A stretch of 64,000 bases of DNA from Spirochaetia bacterium. GTDB lineage: Bacteria > Spirochaetota > Spirochaetia > SZUA-6 > Bin103. Location: positions 2,126,763 to 2,190,762 of the forward strand of contig CBDAOI010000004.1 in NCBI GenBank assembly GCA_965198005.1, read 5' to 3'. Below, one piece after another: positions 18,191-27,098 of the stretch; positions within the stretch are counted from its first letter, which is position 1; the number at the start of each line of letters is the position of its first letter. The notes beneath the pieces were generated by a model. It searched no databases. It saw only the letters and a list, made by a program, of their open reading frames with translations, and was not told the origin of the DNA. The translations under genes and the position numbers were made by a program.

Positions 18191-20692
18191 GTGCGCGTGA
18201 CGCGTTCGCCGTGGCGGGTGGTGGTGTTCGCCGCCTGCACGCTCGCAGCCGCCGGGGTGGGCGCACTGCTCGGGCTTGCGCTCGCCACCACGTCCAACAT
18301 TCGCGGCCTCGACGAACCGGACCGGCCGGCGCTGCCGGCCCGGATTCTGGACCGGCACGGCCGGTTGATCACGGAGTTCTTTCGCGACGAAAAGCGGGAG
18401 ATCATTCGCATCGAGGAGATCCCGCCACACTTGGTCCACGCACTGCTGACCCGCGAAGACCGCCACTTCTTCCGGCATCGCGGGTTCCGGATTCCCGACA
18501 TCGTTCGCGCTGCCTGGCATCTGGCAACCGGCCAGTTTCGCTCCGGGGCCTCCACCATTACCCAACAACTGGCCGGTTCCCTGTATGCCGACCGTAGCGA
18601 ATTCTCGATTCGGCGCAAGCTGGTCGAGCTGTGGTGGGCCATTCAACTGGAGCGCTGGCTGACCAAGAACGAGATCCTGGAGCGCTATCTCAATCTGGTG
18701 TACTTCGGGAAAGGCACGCACGGCGTGGAGGCCGCTTCCCAGTTCTACTTCAAGCACTCGGCGCGCGAGGTGACCCTGGCCGAAAGCGCGATGCTGGTCA
18801 TCCAGCTCAACCGGCCCGGCGGAAACTCACCCATCAACTACCCGAACCGGGCCCGGCCACTGCAACTGGAGATTCTGAATCAGATGGTCGACCTGGGTTA
18901 CGCCACGCGCGAACGGGCGGAGCTGTCCTTTCAACAGTATTGGGACAGCTACGACTTCACGCGGTCGAACCAGGCCACGGCGTTTGTCGAACGTGAGGAC
19001 GCCGCTCCCTACTTCAGCGAGTACGTCCGCCAGCAGCTTGACGAGTTGCTGCTGGGGTCGATGGACGTCTACGAAGAGGGATTGATCGTGCACACCACGC
19101 TCGACCTGGACTACCAGCGGGCCGCCCGCGGCACCCTCGCCCGCCACCTGCGGCGCGTCAACGACACCCGTGCCGCTCAAGCCGGCAGCCGGCTCAGGAC
19201 CGCCGACCGCAGCTTTCTGCCGGTGCTCGACCTGCTGTCGCTCACCTTCAACGTCGAACAGATCCGTATCGCCGGCGTACGCGAACGCAAACAGGGTGTC
19301 GCCCGATTCGTCGATGGTATGGCGCCGACCCTCGACCTGCTCGGCATGATGCTGAACGCGGACGAACTGCGGTTCGTCTCTCAGGTCGCCTACCAGCGCG
19401 GCGAGCGGGACGCGCAGCGCACTCAGGTTGAGGCTGCGCTGGTGTCGCTCGATCCACGCACCGGCCACATCCTGGCCATGGTGGGTGGGAGCAAGTTCGA
19501 GACCGGCAACCAGTTCAACCGCGCCACCCAGGCGAAGCTGCAGCCGGGATCCGCCTTCAAGCCGTTGTACTACTCGGCAGCGATCAGTTCACGCCGCTTT
19601 ACGCCCGCGTCGATGATCCTCGACGCGCCGGTCGTGTTCCGCAACGACGACGGCACCAACTACATTCCCTTGAACTACAAGGGCGAGTGGCAGGGGCGCG
19701 TCCTGTTGCGCCGGGCGCTGGCGAAGTCAATGAACGTTCCGTCGCTCAAGGTGCTCGACGAGATCGGTTTCGACGCCGCGATCGACCGTGCCAGCCGCAT
19801 GCTCGGGATCACCGACCCGGAACAAGTCGAAGCCACGTTCCCGCGCAAGTACCCACTCGGGCTTGGCGTGATCGCCGTCTCGCCGCTGCAGATGGCGCGC
19901 GCCTACGCCACCTTCGCCAACCAGGGCAAGGCGGTGACCCCGCTGGCGATTCAGTACATTGCCGATCGCCACGGCCGGGTGCTGCTGGAGGTGGAAAAGG
20001 AACTGCGCGCGCGGCAGAAGCTGGATCAGGACGAGTTGAGAATCATGACCCCGCAGGTGGCCTATATCATGACCGACATTCTCCGGAGCACCGTGGAGTG
20101 GGGTACGCTGCGCTGGGCGCGTGAACAGGCGGGAGGCTTCGACACCGCCATCGCCGGCAAGACCGGGACCACGCAGAACTGGTCGGATGCCTGGACCGTC
20201 GGCTTCAATCCCCGGGTCGTCACCGCGCTCTGGATGGGGTTCGATGAACGCGGAGAGACGTTGGGATTGTCGCTCACCGGCGCCACCGCCACGGGGCCGG
20301 CGTGGGCGCAGTACATGAAGGCGATCCAGCCGCAGGGAAACCTGCGGTTCAGTCGCCCCGACACCGGCTTGATCGAAGTCACCGTGAACGCCCGTTCGGG
20401 CCTGCTGCCCGCGGGCACCCCCGGCGAGGAGATAATTACGGAACTGTTTCTGATCGGCACCGATCCCAAGGAGCGTGACGCCTTGGCGAGTCTCGAAACC
20501 GCCCGGCGGGAAACCGTCAAGCAGAACATTCGCAACGCGTTGCTCACGATCGATCTCGGCCCCGCGCCTCGAATCGAGCCCGTGGCGCTTCCGGCCGGGG
20601 TGGCGACGGCGCTCCCGTCAAGTGGTACATTGGACCAGGGAGCCGGCACCCCGGCACCGGCCCGGCCGGGGTCCAATCCCCTGATCGACTGA
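18191..20692 (+). CDS. mrcA: penicillin-binding protein 1A (class A PBP: glycosyltransferase + transpeptidase)
   Basis: GT51 motifs (EDRHFF.H.G, RKL.E) are present. Transpeptidase motifs are SAFK (active-site SxxK), SMN and KTGT. GTG start after AGGAG. Confidence 0.9.
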   Translation: MRVTRSPWRVVVFAACTLAAAGVGALLGLALATTSNIRGLDEPDRPALPARILDRHGRLITEFFRDEKREIIRIEEIPPHLVHALLTREDRHFFRHRGFRIPDIVRAAWHLATGQFRSGASTITQQLAGSLYADRSEFSIRRKLVELWWAIQLERWLTKNEILERYLNLVYFGKGTHGVEAASQFYFKHSAREVTLAESAMLVIQLNRPGGNSPINYPNRARPLQLEILNQMVDLGYATRERAELSFQQYWDSYDFTRSNQATAFVEREDAAPYFSEYVRQQLDELLLGSMDVYEEGLIVHTTLDLDYQRAARGTLARHLRRVNDTRAAQAGSRLRTADRSFLPVLDLLSLTFNVEQIRIAGVRERKQGVARFVDGMAPTLDLLGMMLNADELRFVSQVAYQRGERDAQRTQVEAALVSLDPRTGHILAMVGGSKFETGNQFNRATQAKLQPGSAFKPLYYSAAISSRRFTPASMILDAPVVFRNDDGTNYIPLNYKGEWQGRVLLRRALAKSMNVPSLKVLDEIGFDAAIDRASRMLGITDPEQVEATFPRKYPLGLGVIAVSPLQMARAYATFANQGKAVTPLAIQYIADRHGRVLLEVEKELRARQKLDQDELRIMTPQVAYIMTDILRSTVEWGTLRWAREQAGGFDTAIAGKTGTTQNWSDAWTVGFNPRVVTALWMGFDERGETLGLSLTGATATGPAWAQYMKAIQPQGNLRFSRPDTGLIEVTVNARSGLLPAGTPGEEIITELFLIGTDPKERDALASLETARRETVKQNIRNALLTIDLGPAPRIEPVALPAGVATALPSSGTLDQGAGTPAPARPGSNPLID

Positions 20693-20703
20693 TCGAGCAT
20701 CGT

Positions 20704-21102
20704 ATGGAACTGCGCTACACACACGATCATCAATGGGTCCGGCACGACGGGTCGGCGCCGGCCATGCCCATGCAAGTCACCGTGGGCCTGTCCGACTTCG
20801 CCCAACAGGAGTTGGGAGAGATCGCACATCTCGATCTGCCCCGGGTGGGCGCCCGGGTCGAACGCGGTCAGGTGGTGTGCGCAATCGAATCGCTGAAGTC
20901 GGCCAGCGAGCTGTATGCTCCGGCAACCGGCGTGGTAGTGGCTGCCAACCGGGATCTGACGACCGCCGCGGGGCGCACCCTGATCAATCGGGACCCGCTC
21001 GGGGCGGGCTGGATCTTCCGGCTCGAGCTGGCCGATCCCGCCGAGCTCGAGCAGCTGCTGTCGGCCCGCGACTACGCCCGCATGACGGCCTCCGAGCCGT
21101 AG
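20704..21102 (+). CDS. gcvH: glycine cleavage system protein H
   Basis: Lipoyl-lysine motif IESLKSASELYAP, WIF near the C-terminus, 132 aa. Confidence 0.85.
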   Translation: MELRYTHDHQWVRHDGSAPAMPMQVTVGLSDFAQQELGEIAHLDLPRVGARVERGQVVCAIESLKSASELYAPATGVVVAANRDLTTAAGRTLINRDPLGAGWIFRLELADPAELEQLLSARDYARMTASEP

Positions 21103-21111
21103 GCGCCGGCA

Positions 21112-21551
21112 TGAGCGGTCCCGTCCTGTCGGTCCCCATCGGCTCGATCGTGGTGGGTAAGCGCATCCGCATCGATCTCGGCGATCTGGCACCGCTCATG
21201 GACAGTCTGCGCACCCATGGCCAGCTCAGCCCGATTCTGCTTACCCATGATCTGGAGCTGATCGCCGGCCACCGCCGGCTGGAGTCGGCGCGCCGCCTCG
21301 GCTGGACCAGCATCGACGCGATCCTGATGGACGACGTGGGCGAGTTGCGGGCGCTCGAGCTCGAGATCGAAGAGAATCTGCAGCGGCGCCAGCTCAGCGA
21401 GGAGGAACTGGCCGCGGCGCTCATCCGCCTGGATGGACTGAAACGGGGAAGCTGGCCGCGGCGTGTGCTGCGCGGCCTTGGCGCGGTGTTCGGCCCGTGG
21501 CTCGAGGCCATGCGGCGCAGCCTGCGGCGGCTCCGGCGGCGGCGCGGCTGA
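21112..21551 (+). CDS. ParB-like nuclease domain protein (ParB/Srx N-terminal domain only)
   Basis: Motif I..HGQLSPIL and LIAGHRRLESARRLG (ParB box II GxRR). No HTH or dimerisation domain. Followed by an Arg-rich tail. Confidence 0.6.
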
Positions 21552-21567
21552 CCCGGTGCCGCGCCGG

Positions 21568-23274
21568 TCAGCGGCCGACACCGTGCAGGAGCTGCTCCCG
21601 CGTAACCGTCAACCAGAGCGGCCGCCCGTGCGGGCAATGCTGGAGGTCGATGGCGAACGAACGCCGCAGGATCTCGCGCGCGGCGCCTGCGTCCAGCACT
21701 TCGCCATCCTTGACCGCCAGCTTGCAGGCCACGTTCGCGAACGCCGCGCGTTGCAGGTCGGCAGTGACACCGCGCAGTCCCGCTACGTGGGCGGCCAGCC
21801 AGTCGGCCGGGAGCTGGTGCAACGGTTCCGCCAGGGCCACGATCCGCGCCGACCTCCCCTCCCCGGCCGCCGCTTCCACCACGATGCCGAGCTCCTCCAG
21901 CCGCGCGCAGGCCGCCTGCAGCGCCTCGACCTCGTCCTGGTTCAACTCCAACTCGATCGGCAGCAGCAGCCGTTGGATCGGAAACGCACGCCGGCACAGG
22001 TCCTCGTACAGGACCCGTTCGTGGGCCGCGTGCTGATCGACGAAGTACAGCTTCCCGCCGATCTCCACCAGCAGGAACACGCCCAGCGCCTGCCCGAGGT
22101 AGTGCAGGTCGTCACCGGCGGTCTCCGGCGGCTCGGCGGCGAACGCCGCCGGTACGGCGGGCGCACCCGATACGGCGGGCGCAGCCGCCGGTTCCGGCGC
22201 GGGGCGCGCGGGCGCGGCCGCCGGGGGCGGTGCACCCGCGGGCGCGGGGCTGAAGCTCGCGCGCGCCCCCGGGGCCGCCAGCGGCGACCGGTTCCCGAAC
22301 CGGGGAGTCAGCTCCTGCGCGACGCGCGCCACCGCCTGATGCAGCGGCGGCAGATGCCGAAACCGGACTTCGCGCTTGGCGGGATGGACGTTGAAGTCCA
22401 CCAGGTGGGGAACGATCTCCACGAACAGGCACGCGACCGGATGGCGGCCGCCCGGCACGATCCCGGCGTAGCCGTACTCGACCGCCTGCAGCAGCGCGTA
22501 CTCCTGGATCCGGCGCCGGTTGACGAACACCTGCAGCCGGGTGCGATCGCGGCCGGCCAGCTCGGGGCGGGCGCCGATGACCGTGATCGCGAAGTCGGCG
22601 AAGGTGCGTTCCGCGCTGGCCAGGTCACCGGGATCGACGCGGTTGCCCAGCGCGTCCGCTACCCGCTGCAGCGGCGTGGTGGCAGGCAACACCAGGCTCA
22701 CCGCGCCATCCGCCGCGAACCGAAAGGTCACCTGCGGATGGGCGAGAGCCTTCTCCAGCATTGCGCGCCGGCACATCGCGGTCTCGGCACCGGGACGACG
22801 CAGGAACCGCCGGCGCGCGGGCAGATCCGCGAACAACCGGGTCACCTGCACCCGCGTACCCGCGGCCGCGGGGACACTGCCGATCCGGCGCCGCGCACCG
22901 GCAGCCACCAGCCGCGACGCGTGCGCCGCATCCGCGCTGCGCGTGGTCAACTCCAGCCGCGCGCAGGCTGCAATGCTGGCCAGTGCCTCGCCGCGAAACC
23001 CCAGCGTGGTGAGGCGCTCCAGATCGTGCTCGGTGGAGATCTTGGAGGTGGCGTGGCGCAGGGCAACCCGCTCGAGGTCGGCGCGGGCGATGCCGTGCCC
23101 GTCGTCGCGGACCGCCACCAGCCCGAGCCCGCCCGACTCCACCTCCACCTCGATCCGACCGGCACCGGCGTCGAGCGCGTTGTCCAGCAGCTCGCGCACG
23201 ATCGAGTACGGCCGGTCGATGACCTCGCCGGCGGCTATTATCCCCGCAACCTGCTGGTCGAGGAGCCGAATCAC
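21568..23274 (-). CDS. mutL: DNA mismatch repair protein MutL
   Basis: GHKL ATPase N-terminus IAAGEVIDRP, ELLDNALDAGA and DDGHGI. The C-terminal dimerisation domain is present. Confidence 0.92.
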   Translation of the reverse strand: MIRLLDQQVAGIIAAGEVIDRPYSIVRELLDNALDAGAGRIEVEVESGGLGLVAVRDDGHGIARADLERVALRHATSKISTEHDLERLTTLGFRGEALASIAACARLELTTRSADAAHASRLVAAGARRRIGSVPAAAGTRVQVTRLFADLPARRRFLRRPGAETAMCRRAMLEKALAHPQVTFRFAADGAVSLVLPATTPLQRVADALGNRVDPGDLASAERTFADFAITVIGARPELAGRDRTRLQVFVNRRRIQEYALLQAVEYGYAGIVPGGRHPVACLFVEIVPHLVDFNVHPAKREVRFRHLPPLHQAVARVAQELTPRFGNRSPLAAPGARASFSPAPAGAPPPAAAPARPAPEPAAAPAVSGAPAVPAAFAAEPPETAGDDLHYLGQALGVFLLVEIGGKLYFVDQHAAHERVLYEDLCRRAFPIQRLLLPIELELNQDEVEALQAACARLEELGIVVEAAAGEGRSARIVALAEPLHQLPADWLAAHVAGLRGVTADLQRAAFANVACKLAVKDGEVLDAGAAREILRRSFAIDLQHCPHGRPLWLTVTREQLLHGVGR

Positions 23275-24635
23275 CAGAGCGTCACCATGCTCTCGATGCC
23301 GGAGCTGATCACGGGAGCGCCGTCCCCGTCCCTCAGCCGACTGTAGACGTAGGAGAGCACTACCGGACCGAACTGGTAGTTGACGCGCGCCCGGATGACG
23401 CTGGCGGTCTCGGCGATCATCAGGGCGCGCAGCCAGCCGCGACTGCGGGCGTTGGCGGGGTCGACGGTCTGGTCGTAGGTGAGGTCGAAGCTCAGGCCGC
23501 CGACGATGCCGGCGGGGAGGAACCCGCGGGCACGCAGGTGGGCGTACCCGCTGGCGGGACCCGGCTTCTCGGAGAGCTCGAACGGGCCGTCGAGGCTCAG
23601 GCTGACGCCGGCCCCGCTATCCAGGCGGATCCCCACCTGCGCCAGCCACCCCAGGTGGCCCAGCCGGTCCGGTTCGTCCTCCTTCTCCTCCTGCACCCGC
23701 AACGCCTCGTAGTTCCGCCGGCGCACGGTGTCGTAGGCGGGACCGAAGTAGCCGGGAATGAAGTTGTACGAGTGGTACCGGAGCTGGGCCCGCCAGTCGA
23801 ACCAGGCCACCTTGCCGTCCAGGCCGATCGCCCCGCCGGTCGGTATCTTGGCCCGGTTGCTCCCGTGGTGGCTCCCGTGGAGCTGCGCCCCGTCCAGGAG
23901 CGCGGCCACCGACACCGGCCCGGTGTAGAGCAGCGGCACCCGCAGGTCGATGCCGTAGCCCGCCACCCGCCCATCTTCCGCCGGCATGCGGTCGAACACG
24001 TAGGCCGCGCCGATCAGGATCTGCTGCAGGAACAGGCTGTCGCCGAGACTGAACGGACGGACGTACACCCGCGTGCCGATCAGGTCGAACGCGACGAGGT
24101 TGCCCACGAACAGTTGCGTGCCGAGGAACGGGACCCCCACCAGCTCGCCATCCAGACCCACCTCGCCGCCGAACACCCGGCGGCGCGCCAGGAACAGCGT
24201 GTTGGCGTAGTGGTCGACGATGAAGCCGTTGCCGAAGGTGACGCCCTCGATCGAGCCGAACTGGAGGTACAGCGGGGCGCCGCGCTCGGCCCAGCGCAGG
24301 TACACGATCTTGGTCAGGTAGACGTCCAGGAACCGGCGCTCAGGCGTGGGCACCCAATCCGCGCGGCGGATCTCCACACCCCCTTCCGTGAGAATGCGGA
24401 AGTGGAGATCGAGATCCAGGCCCAGCGCGAACGGGCCGACGCCGAAGTGCGGCAGCAGCGACAGCCGCTGGTAGGCGTGCTCGTCACTGAGAAAGAACTC
24501 GGTGCCCATGCCGAGACCGAGTCCGAACTCCAGGCGGGGCGCCAGCTCCTGGGCACCGGCCCGCGCCACGCCGGCGAGCGCCGCCAGCAGCGTCCAGAGG
24601 GCGATTGCGCTATACTTGCGCACGGTACGGCGCAT
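23271..24635 (-). CDS. hypothetical outer-membrane beta-barrel-type protein (signal peptide)
   Basis: Signal peptide MRRTVRKYSAIALWTLLAALAGVARA. Alternating Gly/aromatic-rich strands and a C-terminal ...MVTLW aromatic end. The stop overlaps the mutL start. Confidence 0.45.
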   Translation of the reverse strand: MRRTVRKYSAIALWTLLAALAGVARAGAQELAPRLEFGLGLGMGTEFFLSDEHAYQRLSLLPHFGVGPFALGLDLDLHFRILTEGGVEIRRADWVPTPERRFLDVYLTKIVYLRWAERGAPLYLQFGSIEGVTFGNGFIVDHYANTLFLARRRVFGGEVGLDGELVGVPFLGTQLFVGNLVAFDLIGTRVYVRPFSLGDSLFLQQILIGAAYVFDRMPAEDGRVAGYGIDLRVPLLYTGPVSVAALLDGAQLHGSHHGSNRAKIPTGGAIGLDGKVAWFDWRAQLRYHSYNFIPGYFGPAYDTVRRRNYEALRVQEEKEDEPDRLGHLGWLAQVGIRLDSGAGVSLSLDGPFELSEKPGPASGYAHLRARGFLPAGIVGGLSFDLTYDQTVDPANARSRGWLRALMIAETASVIRARVNYQFGPVVLSYVYSRLRDGDGAPVISSGIESMVTLW

Positions 24636-24645
24636 GGTGGTGTCG

Positions 24646-24921
24646 ATGCTGCATCTGGTGGTCGATCTGCCAGGCGTGGGGTCCCTGAAGGAGAAACGGC
24701 GCGCCCTGGGCTCGCTCAAGGACCGCATTCGCGGCAAGTTCAAGGTGTCCGTGGCCGAAGTCGGCGGCAACGACCTGTGGCACGTGGCCGAGATCGGCTG
24801 TGCGGTCGTGTCCAATTCACATACCCACGGCGAGACGGTGCTGCACAAGATCGTCGCCTTCGCCGAGCACAACCTTGCGTTTCCGATTCGCAGCGCCCAC
24901 GTGTTCTCCGAGCACTACTGA
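24646..24921 (+). CDS. DUF503 family protein (YlxP-like)
   Basis: About 90 aa with L.V.DLPGVGSLKEKRR....K, characteristic of DUF503. The start is uncertain; an alternative ATG at 24634 shares a CATG with the divergent gene's start. Confidence 0.55.
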   Translation: MLHLVVDLPGVGSLKEKRRALGSLKDRIRGKFKVSVAEVGGNDLWHVAEIGCAVVSNSHTHGETVLHKIVAFAEHNLAFPIRSAHVFSEHY

Positions 24922-25076
24922 CCGGACCGGCGGCGGCACTCCGGTCGTGCCGTCCCTGCGAGACCGGTTCGGCGTGGCGCACACCCGGCATTGAACCGTT
25001 CGCCGGTACCAGCGTCAAATACCCCGCCTGCTGCCCTGCTGCGCCCGGCGCCGTGCGAGCTTGCCGCCGGCGCCGG

Positions 25077-26378
25077 TCATCCGCGGCCACCGAGCAGCTC
25101 GCGGCCGAGCCCGGCCGCGGCGCGCAGCAGTCGCGGATCGCGCCGCGTGATCAACGCGATGGCGCGCAGCCGGCCGCGGAAACCGGACACCACCGCGCCC
25201 GTGAATACCGTCGCGGAATCGATCAGCGCGGCCGCCGGCCGTCCCGGTTCCGCGCCGGAGTGATCGACCACGGTCAGATCGACGTCGAACGTCACCGGTT
25301 CGGGCAGGTCGACGATCACCTCGGCCGCGTCCACGGCGCCGCCGGTGGCACGCGCCAGCTCGGCCGCCAGCCGCTGCTCCACCTCCAGGCGCGCGGCCGG
25401 CGTCTCGAGGGCGCGATGGGTAGGACAGTCGGGGTCGTAGGGCACCGCGTACGCCCGCCGCAGCAGGTCACGCCGAAACACCCGCTCCGCCAGATCGAAC
25501 GGCGCAACGCTGCGTTCCCTCAGCAGCCGGCGAAACCCCTCGTCGTCCAGCCCGTACAGTTCCCGGGGCTCAAGCCGCCCCGCGCGCAGCCCGAGCAGCA
25601 CTGCCTTCTTGATCATCGCCGTCGCCACCCGCACCGTCTTGTGCCAGTACACGGTACGGTACATCAGGTACCGCGAAAACAGGATGCTCTCCACCGCCGG
25701 CAGTCCATTGGCGGAGATCGCCATGCCGCCGGCGCGCAGGCACAACTCGCCCAGGACGAAGTCGGTATCCTGGATCCCGTACGGTACGCCACAGTAGTAG
25801 GCATCGCGGTTCAGATAGTCCAGCTTGTCCGGATCGAGCACCCCCGACAACATCGTGCGGAACCGTGCCACCTCGCTGCCGGCGGGAATCGGCCGGCTCT
25901 CATCGACGATTGCCGCCACCAGCGCGGGATCGACGCCCACGTCTTCACGGATGGTTCGCGCCGCGTCCCGATCGCCGAGTATCCACTCGGCTGTCAGTCG
26001 TTCATGAGCGCACACCTCGAGATCCTTCAACGAGTGCGCAAACGGATAGTGCCCGACGTCGTGTACCAACGCCGCGCACAGAAACGCAGCCGCTTCCTCG
26101 ACCGACGGGCGCCAGTCCGGAGTGGCGCGCAGTAGCTGAATGAGCATTCGGCGCGCGAGATGGAGCACGCCGAGGCTGTGGCTGAAGCGGGTGTGGGTGG
26201 CTCCCGGGTACACCAGGTAGGCCGGCCCCAGTTGCTTGATACCGCGCAACTGTTGGAACGCGGGCGTCCGAATCAGGCGCAGCAACGGCCGGGACACCTC
26301 GACGTGACGCCACAGGGGATCCCGGATCGGTTGATCGTATGCCTCCCGCGCGTACTCCAGTGCCGGTCTGCTCGCCAT
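25077..26378 (-). CDS. HD-domain dNTP triphosphohydrolase (SAMHD1/dGTPase-like)
   Basis: FQQLRGIKQLG..YLVYPGATHTRFSHSLGV and LVHDVGHYPFAHS closely parallel the SAMHD1/dGTPase HD motifs. Confidence 0.8.
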   Translation of the reverse strand: MASRPALEYAREAYDQPIRDPLWRHVEVSRPLLRLIRTPAFQQLRGIKQLGPAYLVYPGATHTRFSHSLGVLHLARRMLIQLLRATPDWRPSVEEAAAFLCAALVHDVGHYPFAHSLKDLEVCAHERLTAEWILGDRDAARTIREDVGVDPALVAAIVDESRPIPAGSEVARFRTMLSGVLDPDKLDYLNRDAYYCGVPYGIQDTDFVLGELCLRAGGMAISANGLPAVESILFSRYLMYRTVYWHKTVRVATAMIKKAVLLGLRAGRLEPRELYGLDDEGFRRLLRERSVAPFDLAERVFRRDLLRRAYAVPYDPDCPTHRALETPAARLEVEQRLAAELARATGGAVDAAEVIVDLPEPVTFDVDLTVVDHSGAEPGRPAAALIDSATVFTGAVVSGFRGRLRAIALITRRDPRLLRAAAGLGRELLGGRG

Positions 26379-26453
26379 CCGCGGCCGCCGCGCCTATTGT
26401 ACGGGGGCGCCGCCGATTTGACCAATGGGGACCGGCACGGCACCTTCTCAGTA

Positions 26454-27098
26454 ATGACGTCAGTAATGACCGTTTCCCGCGCGCACGGATGGTTCCTGGC
26501 CCTGGCAGTGCTCGCCGCCTGGGGCGCGGCGGGGTGCGCGCGCGGCGGCGACGACCCCGCCGCCGGCACGCAGGAGCCCGCGCCGCCCGCGTCCGAATCC
26601 GCGGCCGGCGACGGCGCCGGCGCGCTGCCGCGCGCCGCCCAGCCTGAAGCCACCTTTCTGCAGCACCGCAGTACCCGAACCATGCCGCATGACTTCAGCA
26701 TCGGCCGGCTGCACGATCGGCTGGCCGGTCGCGCCGCCGTAACCGAGACCGTGACGCGCTTCTTTGTCAGCCTGGCCGCCGGCACGATCGAGACCCGGCT
26801 CATCGCCGCCGATCGGCGCCGGAGCCTGACCGGTGCATTGCGGCCGCACCTGGCGGCCGGCCACCTTCCCCAAGCGCTCCGGATCGGCACGCTCGCGGTA
26901 GCGGGCGACACCGCGCATGCCGCTATTCGGCTGTTCGGCCAACCGGGCCGCGCCGCCGGCGAGGTCTACCTCGCCCGCACCGCGCAGGGATGGCGCATCG
27001 CAGACCTCCAGATCGACCTGCAGCAGCTCGGCGTGCCGTACGCCGCCGCCGAGAGAGAGTTTCGCCCGCGCCGCGACCGCTGGATTCTGGTGCGCTGA
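26454..27098 (+). CDS. putative lipoprotein (hypothetical)
   Basis: Signal peptide with an AAGC lipobox. The stop overlaps the next start (TGATG). Confidence 0.45.
   Translation: MTSVMTVSRAHGWFLALAVLAAWGAAGCARGGDDPAAGTQEPAPPASESAAGDGAGALPRAAQPEATFLQHRSTRTMPHDFSIGRLHDRLAGRAAVTETVTRFFVSLAAGTIETRLIAADRRRSLTGALRPHLAAGHLPQALRIGTLAVAGDTAHAAIRLFGQPGRAAGEVYLARTAQGWRIADLQIDLQQLGVPYAAAEREFRPRRDRWILVR

Noticed and set aside
23538-26135. 865-aa plus-strand ORF
   Set aside because: It is antisense to the OMP-like and HD-domain dNTPase genes. Its composition is the high-GC antisense artefact type.
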